A stretch of DNA of 64,000 bases, taken from an uncultured candidate division Zixibacteria bacterium (GTDB taxonomy: Bacteria > Zixibacteria > MSB-5A5 > GN15 > FEB-12). The first letter of the stretch is position 1; each line of letters starts with the position of its first letter. A program made the position numbers and the translations under genes. The DNA is taken from the NCBI GenBank assembly GCA_963664195.1, contig OY760907.1, forward strand, positions 1,600,001-1,664,000, given 5' to 3'. Of this stretch, positions 39,538 to 50,099 are shown piece after piece. Under the pieces are notes generated by a model that did no database searches, had not been told where the DNA came from, and saw nothing but the letters and a program-made list of their open reading frames with translations.

Positions 39538-40905
39538 ATGAGGCGCGATATGAAAACTGCATTCGTTCTCCTGCTCGCTCTTGTCCTGATCGGCTCTCCG
39601 GCTTTTGCGCAGGAGCGTCTAATCATCGCTTGGAATGACTTGGGCATGCACTGCAGCAATGAAGACTTCTCCAAACTGGTCATACTGCCCCCATACAACA
39701 ACATTCGGGCTCAGGTGGTACAGGTCGGAGATGCCGAAAACTACCCTACCGTTCTTACTGCCGACCTGCATGTCACCTATGAAATCCCCGGCAACACGTA
39801 CTCGGTGGGCAAGACCAATTTCTGGGATTACGAGGACCAGTTGTTTGGTGTGAGTCTGGATCCCAACATCGGGCTTACCGGCGTTGGTCTCACCGGCGAC
39901 ATGACAGCCGTTGAGGATTACTTCCACGTCGAGGGTGTCCCGATTACACCTTACGTCGACGCCGATCTGGTTAACGAGGATCCCTTTCAATTGGGGTTGA
40001 TTAAGCTGTATGACGCTTCAGACAGTCTGCTTGCCAGCACCCGGCCGGTGGTCCCGGTTTCAAATGAAATAGGCTGCGTTTCCTCCGGTTGTCACAGCAG
40101 TGAAACGGCGATTCTCAACGCTCACGACGACGAAGGCGGTTTTGATCCCAATGATACTCCGATTCTCTGTGCGAATTGCCATGCCTCCAACGCCCTTGGT
40201 ATGCCAGGGCAGGGGGGAGTGCCGTCGCTGTCGGAAGCCATCCACAAAAAGCACGGGGAAATCACCAACGATTGCTACAAATGTCACCCGGGTCCCAACA
40301 CGGAGTGCTTACGGGGCGTCATGGCTACTGAGCACGAGATGGTTTGCCAGGACTGTCACGGGAGTGTTACTGACGTAGGCGAGAGCATAAGCGACGGGCG
40401 TGAGCCCTGGCTTGAGGAACCCCGTTGCGGATCGCCGGCCTGCCACGGTCCTTTGTACTCTGAGGAGATCGGCAAGCTGTTCCGCGATTCACGCGCCCAT
40501 GGAGGTCTGTTCTGCAGCGCCTGTCACGGGGAGCCGCATGCCATAGCGCCCAGCAGAGAAGATCGAGACAACGTGCAAAACGTCGCGCTGCAGGGTTTTG
40601 CCGGAACGCTGTACGATTGTCGTGTGTGTCACGGCGTCAACCCGGATCGTCCGGGCCCACACGCTTTGATGCCCAACTATTGCTGCGAGACCCTGGGCAA
40701 CGTAGATTCCTCCCCCGACGGACTGGTGACAATGGGCGATCTCACCGTCCTTATTGACCACCTGTTCATATCGCTTGCGAGTTTGACTTGTGCGCAGGAA
40801 GGAAATGTTGATCTCAGCCCCGATGGTTTGGTTACGATGGGTGACTTGACTGTTCTGATTGACCACCTGTTTATATCTCTCGGCCCATTGCCAGCCTGTC
40901 CGTAG
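39538..40905 (+). CDS. Secreted multiheme c-type cytochrome with C-terminal dockerin-like duplicated repeat
   Basis: 5 CxxCH (CANCH, CYKCH, CQDCH, CSACH, CRVCH) plus 2 CX4CH; WNDLGMHC; tandem GNVD.SPDGLVTMGDLTVLIDHLFISL. Confidence 0.9.
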   Translation: MRRDMKTAFVLLLALVLIGSPAFAQERLIIAWNDLGMHCSNEDFSKLVILPPYNNIRAQVVQVGDAENYPTVLTADLHVTYEIPGNTYSVGKTNFWDYEDQLFGVSLDPNIGLTGVGLTGDMTAVEDYFHVEGVPITPYVDADLVNEDPFQLGLIKLYDASDSLLASTRPVVPVSNEIGCVSSGCHSSETAILNAHDDEGGFDPNDTPILCANCHASNALGMPGQGGVPSLSEAIHKKHGEITNDCYKCHPGPNTECLRGVMATEHEMVCQDCHGSVTDVGESISDGREPWLEEPRCGSPACHGPLYSEEIGKLFRDSRAHGGLFCSACHGEPHAIAPSREDRDNVQNVALQGFAGTLYDCRVCHGVNPDRPGPHALMPNYCCETLGNVDSSPDGLVTMGDLTVLIDHLFISLASLTCAQEGNVDLSPDGLVTMGDLTVLIDHLFISLGPLPACP

Positions 40906-40946
40906 GATTGGCGGCGCGGACACCGGCCGAGGTCGGTCATAGTCTG

Positions 40947-40974
40947 AAAGCCCGGCTTCTGGCGGGCTTTTTTG
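40947..40974 (+). terminator. Intrinsic terminator
   Basis: aaagcccg-gcttctgg-cgggctttttt. Confidence 0.8.
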
Positions 40975-41140
40975 TTGCCGGTCTGTTTTGTCACGAATAT
41001 ACTGACGGTGCGCGGAGGGAATATCCCGTGTGAACAGGCGGATGGACTTGCAATTGATCCCACTCCAGGCACGGGTGAGCCACCGGCCGAAACTGACAGT
41101 GCTTTCAATCACAGACCTGAATAGTGGTGCTGGACAAAGT

Positions 41141-42475
41141 ATGAACAAGGTCTCCTCACAAAAAATACTTCGCCCAATTGAGCTGCTCACCGGTCCACTT
41201 ATTCGTTTCTTGCACATAGAAGCGGCGAGCGGAGTCGTTCTTCTAGTCGCCACAGGTGTGGCGATCGCAGCGGCCAATTCGCCTCTCAGGGAAGCCTACG
41301 CCAAGTTCTGGGATTTGACTCTGAGTGTCGGGATTGGGGACTGGGGATTGTCATATCCACTCTGGTACTGGGTCAATGATGGTCTGATGGCAGTCTTCTT
41401 TTTCCTGGTCGGCCTTGAGATTAAGAGGGAGATTGTATTTGGCGAGCTTCGCGAAGTCCGCCGGGTTGTGTCCCCTGCAGTAGCCGCCATCGCCGGAGCT
41501 TCTGTACCGGCCGCTATTTATCTGATACTGTTGGGAGATCATCCGGGGCAACAGGGATGGGCGGTCCCGATGGCAACAGACATTGCGTTTGTCGTGGGAG
41601 CCCTGGCGCTGCTGGGGAGGCGAGTACCACACGGCTTGAAGGTCTTTCTGCTCACTCTCGCCATAGTGGATGACATCATTGCAGTACTAGTTATCGCCGT
41701 GTTTTACTCGAGTCAACTCAGCTTCGTCTGGTTGGCCGCTGCGATCGCGGGGATTGCAGTAGTCGTGATCATGAGAAGACTGGGAGTGCGTACAGTACTT
41801 GGATACCTGGTCATTGGAGCTGGTGTCTGGCTGTGCACCCTGAAATCCGGTATTCATCCGACCATTTCCGGTGTGGCTCTCGGGTTGCTCACTCCGGCCC
41901 TTCCCCTGGTTTCGCAAGAAAAGCTGGGTAGGGGACTGAAGCAGGCTCTGGACAGAGTAAGTGGTGGAAACCGGGCATCCGAGAGCGTGAAACTCAAGGA
42001 CACAGTCGAGGAAGTTGCCTTCACAACGCGCGAGTCACTGTCACCCCTGGAGCGGCTTGAAGCCGATATTCACCCCTGGGCGGCTTTCCTGATAATGCCG
42101 TTATTTGCTCTGGCAAACGCAGGCGTTCAGTTCTCGGGTGAGGCCATGTCGTCACCTCTTTCTGTAGCCGTATCCCTGGCCCTTCTCATCGGCAAGCCTC
42201 TTGGGATTGCCCTAAGTCTGCTGCTGATCGTGAAGACAGGTCTGGGAATCATGCCTGGCGGAACGAATTGGAGAGCAGTGGTAGGAAGCGGCTGTCTGGC
42301 GGGTATCGGCTTCACTATGTCTTTGTTCGTGGCGTCGCTCAGTCTGGAGGGTGGGCTCCTCGTGCAGGCAAAAACAGGGATATTGGTAGGCTCGGCTGTC
42401 AGCGGAGTTACTGGCTATGTGCTTATGAGGACGGCGTTGAGAAATTCGCCGGGAGATGTGGATGAGTCAACCTGA
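41141..42475 (+). CDS. nhaA: Na+/H+ antiporter NhaA
   Basis: WVNDGLMAVFF, GLEIKRE, PMATDIAF, LAIVDD, FALANAG, GIGFTMS. Confidence 0.96.
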   Translation: MNKVSSQKILRPIELLTGPLIRFLHIEAASGVVLLVATGVAIAAANSPLREAYAKFWDLTLSVGIGDWGLSYPLWYWVNDGLMAVFFFLVGLEIKREIVFGELREVRRVVSPAVAAIAGASVPAAIYLILLGDHPGQQGWAVPMATDIAFVVGALALLGRRVPHGLKVFLLTLAIVDDIIAVLVIAVFYSSQLSFVWLAAAIAGIAVVVIMRRLGVRTVLGYLVIGAGVWLCTLKSGIHPTISGVALGLLTPALPLVSQEKLGRGLKQALDRVSGGNRASESVKLKDTVEEVAFTTRESLSPLERLEADIHPWAAFLIMPLFALANAGVQFSGEAMSSPLSVAVSLALLIGKPLGIALSLLLIVKTGLGIMPGGTNWRAVVGSGCLAGIGFTMSLFVASLSLEGGLLVQAKTGILVGSAVSGVTGYVLMRTALRNSPGDVDEST

Positions 42476-42743
42476 GACCCGGTTCTGGCAAGCGCATTAG
42501 AGGTTGAGCCGCTTGATAGAGTGCCCTCTGTTAGATTGCACGCGCTCCTGCTTTGTTGAGGAAGCGCCTTTGGCATTTTGGACTGTCTGCTACTCATTGT
42601 GATCCGATTCACTCTCGTGCCCAAAAAACGGCATCAGCTCGGCCATTGCGGGGCGCGAGTCCCCTCCTGACTTCGCATGCGGTGGCGATATCTGATCTGC
42701 CGGCTTCGGACAACAATACCTTGGAAGTGACGTAAGTCGATAT

Positions 42744-43268
42744 ATGATTGATACCAGCAGATTGACACTGAGAAGGATGAGAGAGGATGATGCAGAAGCT
42801 CTGTTTGACATCTTCTCCGATCCGATTGCGATGCGCTACTTCGGCGTGGTTTTTGATCGACCCGGAATGGAAAAATGGGTTAAGGACAATCTTGAACACG
42901 AGCAACAGCACGGTTTCTCACTGCTTTCAGTCATCCTGAAGGATAGTAATCAGGTTATCGGCGATTGTGGTTTGGAAACAGATGAAATCGATGGCAGGCT
43001 GATGGTCGGCATTGGCTTCGATTTCAGGCGCTCCTATTGGGGCAGGGGATATGCGACTGAGGCTGCCAGGGCGGTACTGGAATATGGATTTACCAACTTC
43101 GAGTTTGAGAGTATCTGGGGCTGGATCGATCCACAGAATACGCCCTCGCGGCGGGTAGCGGAGAGGATAGGGATGCTGCTGGATAGACACGTTGATCGCG
43201 GAGGAAAGAAGTACGCGCTGTATAGCATCAAGAGGAGGAACTGGGAAACGATGAGACTGATAGAGTAA
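42744..43268 (+). CDS. GNAT acetyltransferase, RimJ/RimL family
   Basis: T.RL.LR, YWGRGYATEAA, N.PSRRVAERIGM. Confidence 0.9.
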   Translation: MIDTSRLTLRRMREDDAEALFDIFSDPIAMRYFGVVFDRPGMEKWVKDNLEHEQQHGFSLLSVILKDSNQVIGDCGLETDEIDGRLMVGIGFDFRRSYWGRGYATEAARAVLEYGFTNFEFESIWGWIDPQNTPSRRVAERIGMLLDRHVDRGGKKYALYSIKRRNWETMRLIE

Positions 43269-43374
43269 CGGAAGCTCTCAACAATGAGACTGAGGAATCC
43301 CCGGGCATGCCGAAATCATCTGAATCCTGACGCCGGCACCTCAAATCCTGCCTTTCAGAATGCAGAGCCACACC

Positions 43375-44880
43375 TCAGGCCGGGATCATGGCAATCGGGA
43401 GGTGCACACTGAAGGTTGTCCCACTGTCGACCGCACTGTCCACCGTGATATGCCCCCCGTGTTCCTCGATAATGCCTTTCGAGACCGACAGGCCAAGCCC
43501 CGTTCCCCGTGATGTCGCTTTGGTGGTGAAGAAGGGATCGAATATGGACGGCAGTATATGTGGAGGTATGCCGCAACCGTTGTCGTGGAACGTGAGCGTC
43601 ACATAGCCCGGGTCGGCCGGACGATGAGCGGCAATCTGGATTGCTCCTCCCTGTGGCATAGCGTCGAGGGCGTTGAGTATGAGGTTGAGGAATACCTGGC
43701 CCAGTAGCTGCCGGTCGCCGTGGATTGGCGGAAGGGTTTCGGGAATCGATACCTCGACTGTCGCCTTCTTCAGTTTCACCTGATTCTGTGTCAATTTCAT
43801 AGTCTCGGCAATGAGCTGCCTGAGGTCCAGACTTTCAGTGTGTATCTCAGCTTCTCTCGCAAAGTCCAGCAGATTCTTGACAATTCTCTCGGAGCGTTCG
43901 GCTTCCTTCACCAGGTCTCTGACCATGTCGAGTTTCTCGTCGTCGTCGAGCGTGTCATAATCCTCTTCCAGCGAGGCGGCGGTCAGCATGATATTGTTCA
44001 GCGGGTTGTTCAATTCGTGGGCCACACCGGCAGTGAGCGTGCCAATAGCGCGGAGCTTGTGTGATTCTATCATCTGCTCCTGACGGCTCTTCAACTCGTA
44101 CATCATGTGGTTGAGGGCCAGGACCACGTTGGTGAATTCATCACGATATTTCCGTGCCGGTCTGATCGGGGTCAGATTGCCTTCGCCGATCTGTTGGGTA
44201 AGTTCCATGAGTCGACCCAGGGGGCGATTGATCTGGCGGAAAAGAAGATTGGTTACGTAGATAGCGATTGCCAGCAGCAGTACGAGAAACAGCATAGGGA
44301 ACAGCCTGGCCCACCAGAACATTGTCCTTACCAGTCGATGTTCTCTCTCTGAAAGCTCAAGGGCAAAGGAAATCATCTGTGAGCCGTGTTCGCGCAACTC
44401 GTTTTCGAGAGTGGGCGGGATCTGCGCGAGACTGTCTCCGGTCGCTTTTTCAGCAACCGGAAGCTTTTGTATCAGTGCTTTGTATCTAGCAAGGTGGGCC
44501 GCGAGGACAGTGAGATTCTCTTCCCCCAGAACGCCGCTCAATTCGGGTGCAGACTCTGTCATGAGGCTTTCAGCGGCGTTTACATGGTCCAGGACAAACT
44601 GCAGATCGCTGTGATAGAGCAGGTAGTTCTTCTCGAACCGCCTGGCCTGCTGTATTTCGCTGGTGTATCTGTCGGCGATCACCAGGAAGCGAGTCTTGCT
44701 GTCAAGTCGATCGAGAGTAATGAAGGCGGTTATTTCAGCGGCCGCATACAGAACGAAGAACAACAGGAAGCCCAATAGAAGCCGCGAGCGGATACTGAAG
44801 CTGGGCCGTTCCAGAAGGGCCTTTCTGGATTGGCTCTCCACATCCTCCGTGGCGCGGTTTCGACCGTATTCCTGGCTCAC
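43375..44880 (-). CDS. Membrane sensor histidine kinase (2 TM, HAMP, HisKA, HATPase)
   Basis: AGVAHELNNPL, QVFLNLILNA, DNGCGI, FDPFFTTK, GTGLGL. Confidence 0.95.
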   Translation of the reverse strand: MSQEYGRNRATEDVESQSRKALLERPSFSIRSRLLLGFLLFFVLYAAAEITAFITLDRLDSKTRFLVIADRYTSEIQQARRFEKNYLLYHSDLQFVLDHVNAAESLMTESAPELSGVLGEENLTVLAAHLARYKALIQKLPVAEKATGDSLAQIPPTLENELREHGSQMISFALELSEREHRLVRTMFWWARLFPMLFLVLLLAIAIYVTNLLFRQINRPLGRLMELTQQIGEGNLTPIRPARKYRDEFTNVVLALNHMMYELKSRQEQMIESHKLRAIGTLTAGVAHELNNPLNNIMLTAASLEEDYDTLDDDEKLDMVRDLVKEAERSERIVKNLLDFAREAEIHTESLDLRQLIAETMKLTQNQVKLKKATVEVSIPETLPPIHGDRQLLGQVFLNLILNALDAMPQGGAIQIAAHRPADPGYVTLTFHDNGCGIPPHILPSIFDPFFTTKATSRGTGLGLSVSKGIIEEHGGHITVDSAVDSGTTFSVHLPIAMIPA

Positions 44881-44884
44881 GCTT

Positions 44885-45268
44885 TCATCCTTCAGTTTTC
44901 AGGAGGTCGGCCGCTCTCTGTATGACTTCTCTAAGCTCATTTGGTTTGAACGGCTTGGCTATGACATCGAATGCCCCCTTGGCCAGGGCCTCTCGCGTAA
45001 CCTCAATCGTGGCATAGCCGGTGATGATGATGACCTTGGTGCGCGGTGCGGCGGCCATTACCCGGGTCAAGACCTCAATGCCATCGATATCGTCCATTCG
45101 GAAATCGGTCACAACGATATCAAAAGTGATCTCGTCAAGGCGCTTCAGGGCAGCGCCTCCATTGCCGTAGAACTCTACCTCGTAGCCGGATTTCTCCAAT
45201 GCTGGTGTAAGCCGTTTGCCAACAATCGGCTCGTCATCAATCACGATCACTTTAAGCTTGTTAGTCAA
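44885..45268 (-). CDS. Single-domain response regulator
   Basis: VIDDE, VVTDFRM, ITGY, KPF; TTG start after GAGGAGG. Confidence 0.92.
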   Translation of the reverse strand: MTNKLKVIVIDDEPIVGKRLTPALEKSGYEVEFYGNGGAALKRLDEITFDIVVTDFRMDDIDGIEVLTRVMAAAPRTKVIIITGYATIEVTREALAKGAFDVIAKPFKPNELREVIQRAADLLKTEG

Positions 45269-45594
45269 GCCTCCTCCTCTCAGCAATACTATTCGTCGGT
45301 CTTCGGGAAATATCTTGTGTTGTCTCGTTCGATTTCGTCATCATTGATGGAATCTCGGCGTGTCGGTTTCCTGCGAGTGATTTTCATGTCTCGATACAGA
45401 TGTCTGCCGTCAGTATCCGCAACTCCTTCAGTGGTTGATTTCGCCGCCCGGTCAATCCGGAGTCTTCCGATTTAGAATTATGACTTGCTATAACCTAACA
45501 AAATATAGCATAATAGTCACGAAAGTCTATAGCCCGTTTTCTCATCAAGTAAGACTTCGAGAACTCACGGGTCGTACGCCAAACAAGCAGGGAC

Positions 45595-47118
45595 ATGATT
45601 ATGTCGGTGACTACGGTATCGAGAGGAACCCTCGTCGGCGGAAAAGAGTTGGCGACCCGTTTGGCCAACAGTTTGGGTTGCGCCTGTGTCAGCCGTGAAG
45701 ACCTGACAGAAGAGGCTACCAGGCTGGGAGTCCCGACCGGGAAACTCCAGATGGCGATGGTCAAGCCGCCCCGCGTCTACGAAAGGATGGGTCGGGAGCG
45801 TGACCAGTATCTGGCCTGCATGACAATGCTGTTGTGCGAGAGGATTCTCAAAGAGGATATTGTGTACTATGGCCACGCCGCACAGATGCTTCTTTGTGGT
45901 GTTCCCAACGTCTTGAGAGTGCGGATTCTGGCGCATCCTGAATTCCGCATAGCGTCGGTTATCCATAAACTGGGATTGAGCCGGCGCAAAGCCAAAGAAT
46001 ACATTCAGAAAGTGGATGAGGACCGTGAGAGATGGGTGCGCTTCCTGTATGGGGTTGATTGGAGTGACCCGGCCCATTACGACCTTGTCATACACCTGGA
46101 CCAGATGGGCGTAAACAACACCGCCACAGCGGTTTTGGCAGTCTCTCAATTGCCGGATTTCAAACTGACTCCTGCTTCGACCCGGGCACTGAAGAATCTT
46201 CATCTTGGCAGCAAGGCGCATTTCACTCTATCCCGCGATCCCCGGACCAGCTATGCCAACGTGAGGGTTTCGGCCGATGACGGAATTGTTCAGGTCACTT
46301 ACCTCCCCCAGCAGGCGGAGGTTGTGCCGTACGTTCAGGATGTGCTTTCACCTATTGAGGGCATCAGGAGTATTAGTACCACCATTGCTCAGAGCAGTGT
46401 CCTCTTCCTGCAGGATGAGTTCAATCACCGGGCTGGAGGGTTTGAGGACGTAATAAAGGTTGCTCGGACGTGGGATGCCGCAGTGGAACTGATGCGTTTC
46501 ACTCAGGTCGGGGACCTGCTTCAGCCGGAGGACCCGGATTTGGGAACCTCCCGGCCCGTTGTTGGCAGGGTCAGTACCGATGAGGCTTACACGGGTGGGA
46601 TCGAAGATGATATCGACTGTGCAAAACCTGTAGACGAGGAGTTCAGTCGCTGCCTCGATGAGTTGAGACGACACGATTGTTCAGGGGGGAGTTCGACGTT
46701 TTGTGGGAGTTCCGAGTCGCTGTTGAACCGAATCGGACGAACCAATTACAGCATGATCGTTCTTGGTGAGATGTTCAAGGACAAGACTGAATCGACACGG
46801 GTCAGATTAAGGGATGAACTGAAGAGCTTCCTTGTAGACAACACGGACATTCCGGTTATAGATACGTCTGAGTTGTCGGAGCGTTTCCGGTTTGGGCCGA
46901 AACAGTTGTTCCGTTTGGTTGGTGCCCTGGCAGTTTCAGTGGCGCTCTTTATGGCCCTGTTTGCTCATCAGGAACAAGTGACCACTTTTATGGTCGGTGA
47001 GGAGTATCGGCACCTTCGCGTCCTGGCGATTGCGCTGACGCTATTCGTTGTGCCGTTGTTCGCCGTTTCTTTCGGCACGTTTACTCGCGAACTTCTGAGA
47101 TTGTTCAGGTTGGAGTAG
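45595..47118 (+). CDS. Cytidylate-kinase-like family protein with BON/USP-like region and 2 C-terminal TM helices
   Basis: TVSRG..GG.E.A..LA, VRI.A, D..R, YG.DW.DP..YDLVI. Confidence 0.75.
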   Translation: MIMSVTTVSRGTLVGGKELATRLANSLGCACVSREDLTEEATRLGVPTGKLQMAMVKPPRVYERMGRERDQYLACMTMLLCERILKEDIVYYGHAAQMLLCGVPNVLRVRILAHPEFRIASVIHKLGLSRRKAKEYIQKVDEDRERWVRFLYGVDWSDPAHYDLVIHLDQMGVNNTATAVLAVSQLPDFKLTPASTRALKNLHLGSKAHFTLSRDPRTSYANVRVSADDGIVQVTYLPQQAEVVPYVQDVLSPIEGIRSISTTIAQSSVLFLQDEFNHRAGGFEDVIKVARTWDAAVELMRFTQVGDLLQPEDPDLGTSRPVVGRVSTDEAYTGGIEDDIDCAKPVDEEFSRCLDELRRHDCSGGSSTFCGSSESLLNRIGRTNYSMIVLGEMFKDKTESTRVRLRDELKSFLVDNTDIPVIDTSELSERFRFGPKQLFRLVGALAVSVALFMALFAHQEQVTTFMVGEEYRHLRVLAIALTLFVVPLFAVSFGTFTRELLRLFRLE

Positions 47119-47167
47119 TGAGGCAGAGTCCGGTGGAGGCCGGGGAGTCTAAAAGGAGCACAAACGT

Positions 47168-48253
47168 ATGATGGGTGTAGAAGGGTTTCTTTCGCTCGAG
47201 TGGTCAAATGCTCTACAGGTGGTAGTGCTGGGTTTCATTGGTGGCGTTCTGAGCGGTTTCATTGGCAGCGGCGGCGCCTTCTTCATGACTCCAGGTATGA
47301 TGAATCTGGGCGTTCCCGGGGTGATTGCTGTTGGCACCAATATTACTCATAAGTTTGGCAAAGCCCTGGTTGGCTCCAGGCGACACGGTGAAATGGGGCA
47401 CGTTGATAAAAAACTCGGGCTGTTTATGCTGATTACGGCCTTTGTCGGGGTCAAGATTGCCGTCTGGCTGAATGAGACAATGTTCCGTATGGGCGGGGAC
47501 GGTCACGGCGGTTCCAGCAGTGCTGCCGGTGACTTGTACATCAGCGCCATCTTCGTGTTTGTGCTGTCGATTGTGTCGATACTGATTCTCCGGGACGCGC
47601 TCAGGAGCGGCGTGGAGGGGGAGGGGCCGTCAACCAAGCTGGCCGAGCTTTTCTCAAAAGTGACGATTGGACCGATGATCACTTTCAAAACGGCCGACGT
47701 AACGCTCTCATTCTGGATCGTTGCGGTGGCAGGTCTCCTTACCGGATACCTTGCCGGCACGATCGGTGTGGGGGGATTCATCGGTGTCCCCGCGATGATC
47801 TATGTTTTCGGTGTTCCAACGGCGGTTGCCGCAGGCACCGAGTTGTTCCTCGCCATGTTTCTGGGGGCCTGGGGCGCGATAAACTATGCGATGGGAGGAT
47901 TCGTCGACTTGCGTTTGGTGTTCCTGCTATATCTTGGATCACTCTCCGGTATTCACATCGGCGCCTACGGCACCAAAGTCTGCAAAGAAAGAATGATAAG
48001 ACTTGTCACCTCTGTCATCATTCTCCTTTGTGTCTTCAGCCGGGCTATGAACATCCCCGTATACCTTCACAGTCTTGAAATGATCGACATGTCCGCCGAA
48101 TCGGACCAGTTGTTTGCCTTCCTGTCGAAGATGCTTCTCTTTTTCGGTGGTATTGCAGGTGTCCTGGTTATCCTGATCTCGGTGTTCAGGGCCTACCTCC
48201 GACGACGCAAAGCCCAGGACGTTCTGTCCAAGTTGGACCACCAACCCCTGTGA
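47168..48253 (+). CDS. TauE/SafE (TSUP) family transporter
   Basis: GFIGSGGAF.MTP, AVGT, GTIGVGGFIGVPAM. Confidence 0.9.
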   Translation: MMGVEGFLSLEWSNALQVVVLGFIGGVLSGFIGSGGAFFMTPGMMNLGVPGVIAVGTNITHKFGKALVGSRRHGEMGHVDKKLGLFMLITAFVGVKIAVWLNETMFRMGGDGHGGSSSAAGDLYISAIFVFVLSIVSILILRDALRSGVEGEGPSTKLAELFSKVTIGPMITFKTADVTLSFWIVAVAGLLTGYLAGTIGVGGFIGVPAMIYVFGVPTAVAAGTELFLAMFLGAWGAINYAMGGFVDLRLVFLLYLGSLSGIHIGAYGTKVCKERMIRLVTSVIILLCVFSRAMNIPVYLHSLEMIDMSAESDQLFAFLSKMLLFFGGIAGVLVILISVFRAYLRRRKAQDVLSKLDHQPL

Positions 48254-48531
48254 CACCGGCTTGCAATTATCGCCCAACGGACAACGCGCCCGTAATAGAA
48301 TGATACCGTCCACAAGGCAAAACAGGTCGCTACATGCACTCTGCTCCCCTGGGGTGGGACATTTCGCAGTCATCCGGATACCGAACCCGGGTCGAAGATT
48401 TCGGCGATGGGCCACCGGGTGCCGGGACAATTGTCACGATGAAGGAACAAGCGTACAGTCTGTGAGGCCGGTTACGGCGTGAGGAGTGTGACTCATGCGG
48501 CAAGGAACCGGTTGTACTGGAAGATGATGAG

Positions 48532-49563
48532 ATGATAGCGATTACGTGGGTTGGTATAAGCATTTGTATCGTGCATTCGGCGATTTTTTCAGGGCTGAAT
48601 CTGGCTCTCTTCGGGCTTACGCGACTGCGCCTCGAGGTAGAGGCCGAGTCCGGAAATCAGCATGCGATCCGGATACTTGAACTCCGGAAAGACTCCCACT
48701 ACCTGCTGACGACCATTTTGTGGGGTAACGTCGCCTTCAATACGCTTCTGGCGATATTGTCGAATTCGGCCCTGACGGGAGTCATGGCGTTTGTCTTCTC
48801 AACTCTCTTCATCACGTTTTTTGGAGAGATATTGCCGCAGGCGTACTTCTCCAAGCATGCTCTCCGAACGGGGTCGATGTTGGTGCCGGTGATCAGGTTC
48901 TATCAGATTGTCCTCTATCCGCTGGCGAAACCCACCGGATTGCTGCTCGACAAATGGTTGGGAGAGGACGGTATCAAGTACTGGCGGGAGCACCAACTCA
49001 GGGAGGTTATTCAGAAACACATCGAGGCAGACGAAGCCGATGTGGACAGGCTTGAAGGTTTGGGAGCGCTCAACTTTTTGTCCCTGGATGATCTGCCGGT
49101 TGACCACGAAGGAGAGAACCTGTTAGCGGAAAGTCTTGTCAAACTCCCGACGGCTAATGGCGAAGTAGTGTTTCCGACAGTGACGCGATCTTCGGAAGAC
49201 CCGTTTCTTCAGAGCATCCAGAAATCCGGAGAGAAGTGGGTTGTAATCATCAATGAACTTGAGAAGCCGATGCTGGCCGTTGATGCCGACGGGTTTCTGC
49301 GCGAAGCGCTGTTCGGTTCGGGAGATTTCGACCCCCGTCCCTTTTGTCACCGTCCGGTCATAGTCACCGACGAAGACGTTGCGATTGGCGATGTTCTGTG
49401 CCGCTTGCAGGTGGAGGCCCAGAACGCCGAAGACGACGTCGTGGATCGCGACATAATACTGCTCTGGACGACGCGACGACGTATCATCACTGGGGCTGAT
49501 ATTCTGGGACGTTTGCTTCGCGGCATAGTGGTGCGGCGGGGTGACCTGGCAATTCGCGAATAG
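48532..49563 (+). CDS. CNNM/DUF21 domain membrane protein
   Basis: FSGLNLA, LLTTILWGNV, FGEILPQA, ITGADILGRL. Confidence 0.88.
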   Translation: MIAITWVGISICIVHSAIFSGLNLALFGLTRLRLEVEAESGNQHAIRILELRKDSHYLLTTILWGNVAFNTLLAILSNSALTGVMAFVFSTLFITFFGEILPQAYFSKHALRTGSMLVPVIRFYQIVLYPLAKPTGLLLDKWLGEDGIKYWREHQLREVIQKHIEADEADVDRLEGLGALNFLSLDDLPVDHEGENLLAESLVKLPTANGEVVFPTVTRSSEDPFLQSIQKSGEKWVVIINELEKPMLAVDADGFLREALFGSGDFDPRPFCHRPVIVTDEDVAIGDVLCRLQVEAQNAEDDVVDRDIILLWTTRRRIITGADILGRLLRGIVVRRGDLAIRE

Positions 49564-49619
49564 CAGGAAGCGAGACGGGTCTTCCGACCTTTCGGTTGGC
49601 GAAACCCGTCCGATGCTCC

Positions 49620-50099
49620 TCAGTATCCCATACTTTTAAGAATCCTCGAGAGTGCGATCAGGCGCTCACTTATCAACTCATCGTCTTTGCTTTGGGATTG
49701 CGCAAAGAGCTGGATGTCTTCATCGAGACATTCGTTGGCTGTGCAAACCTCTATCGACATAGCGTCGCCCTGGAGTGGTATGCGATCAATGCGCGGATTG
49801 TCTGGGTCGTAGAGTTTCTCCATACGATATGCCTCGCGGAAGTACTCCTTGGAACGGCAGACCAGTATCGCAAGATCAAGAACCCGATGCAGGGGAAGCT
49901 CTTCGGACTGGCGAGACCATTTCTCTCCTGTGTGGCGCCAGATTTTGGCTGACACGTCGACTTTGCCGCGGTCGTTCCACTGAGCCAGGCCAAGCGACAT
50001 GCCTTTGGCGTCCGTGTCGTTTGCGTACCGTCCGTCTACATTTTCGTAATTCGGTACGGTGATCACGGGTTTGTGCCTCAACGTAGTCGGGATATCCAT
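49620..50099 (-). CDS. Conserved hypothetical protein (DUF6530-like)
   Basis: IPT.L.HKPV, DAK.LSLG.AQW, SAK.WRHTGEKWSRQSEELPLHRVLDL. Confidence 0.8.
   Translation of the reverse strand: MDIPTTLRHKPVITVPNYENVDGRYANDTDAKGMSLGLAQWNDRGKVDVSAKIWRHTGEKWSRQSEELPLHRVLDLAILVCRSKEYFREAYRMEKLYDPDNPRIDRIPLQGDAMSIEVCTANECLDEDIQLFAQSQSKDDELISERLIALSRILKSMGY

Noticed and set aside
38454..40905. Mtr/Pcc-type porin-cytochrome conduit
   Set aside because: Barrel is only 227 aa (too small to sheath a cytochrome) and is divergently transcribed
40980..41140. nhaA-associated riboswitch
   Set aside because: Could not match a consensus by eye; needs an Infernal scan
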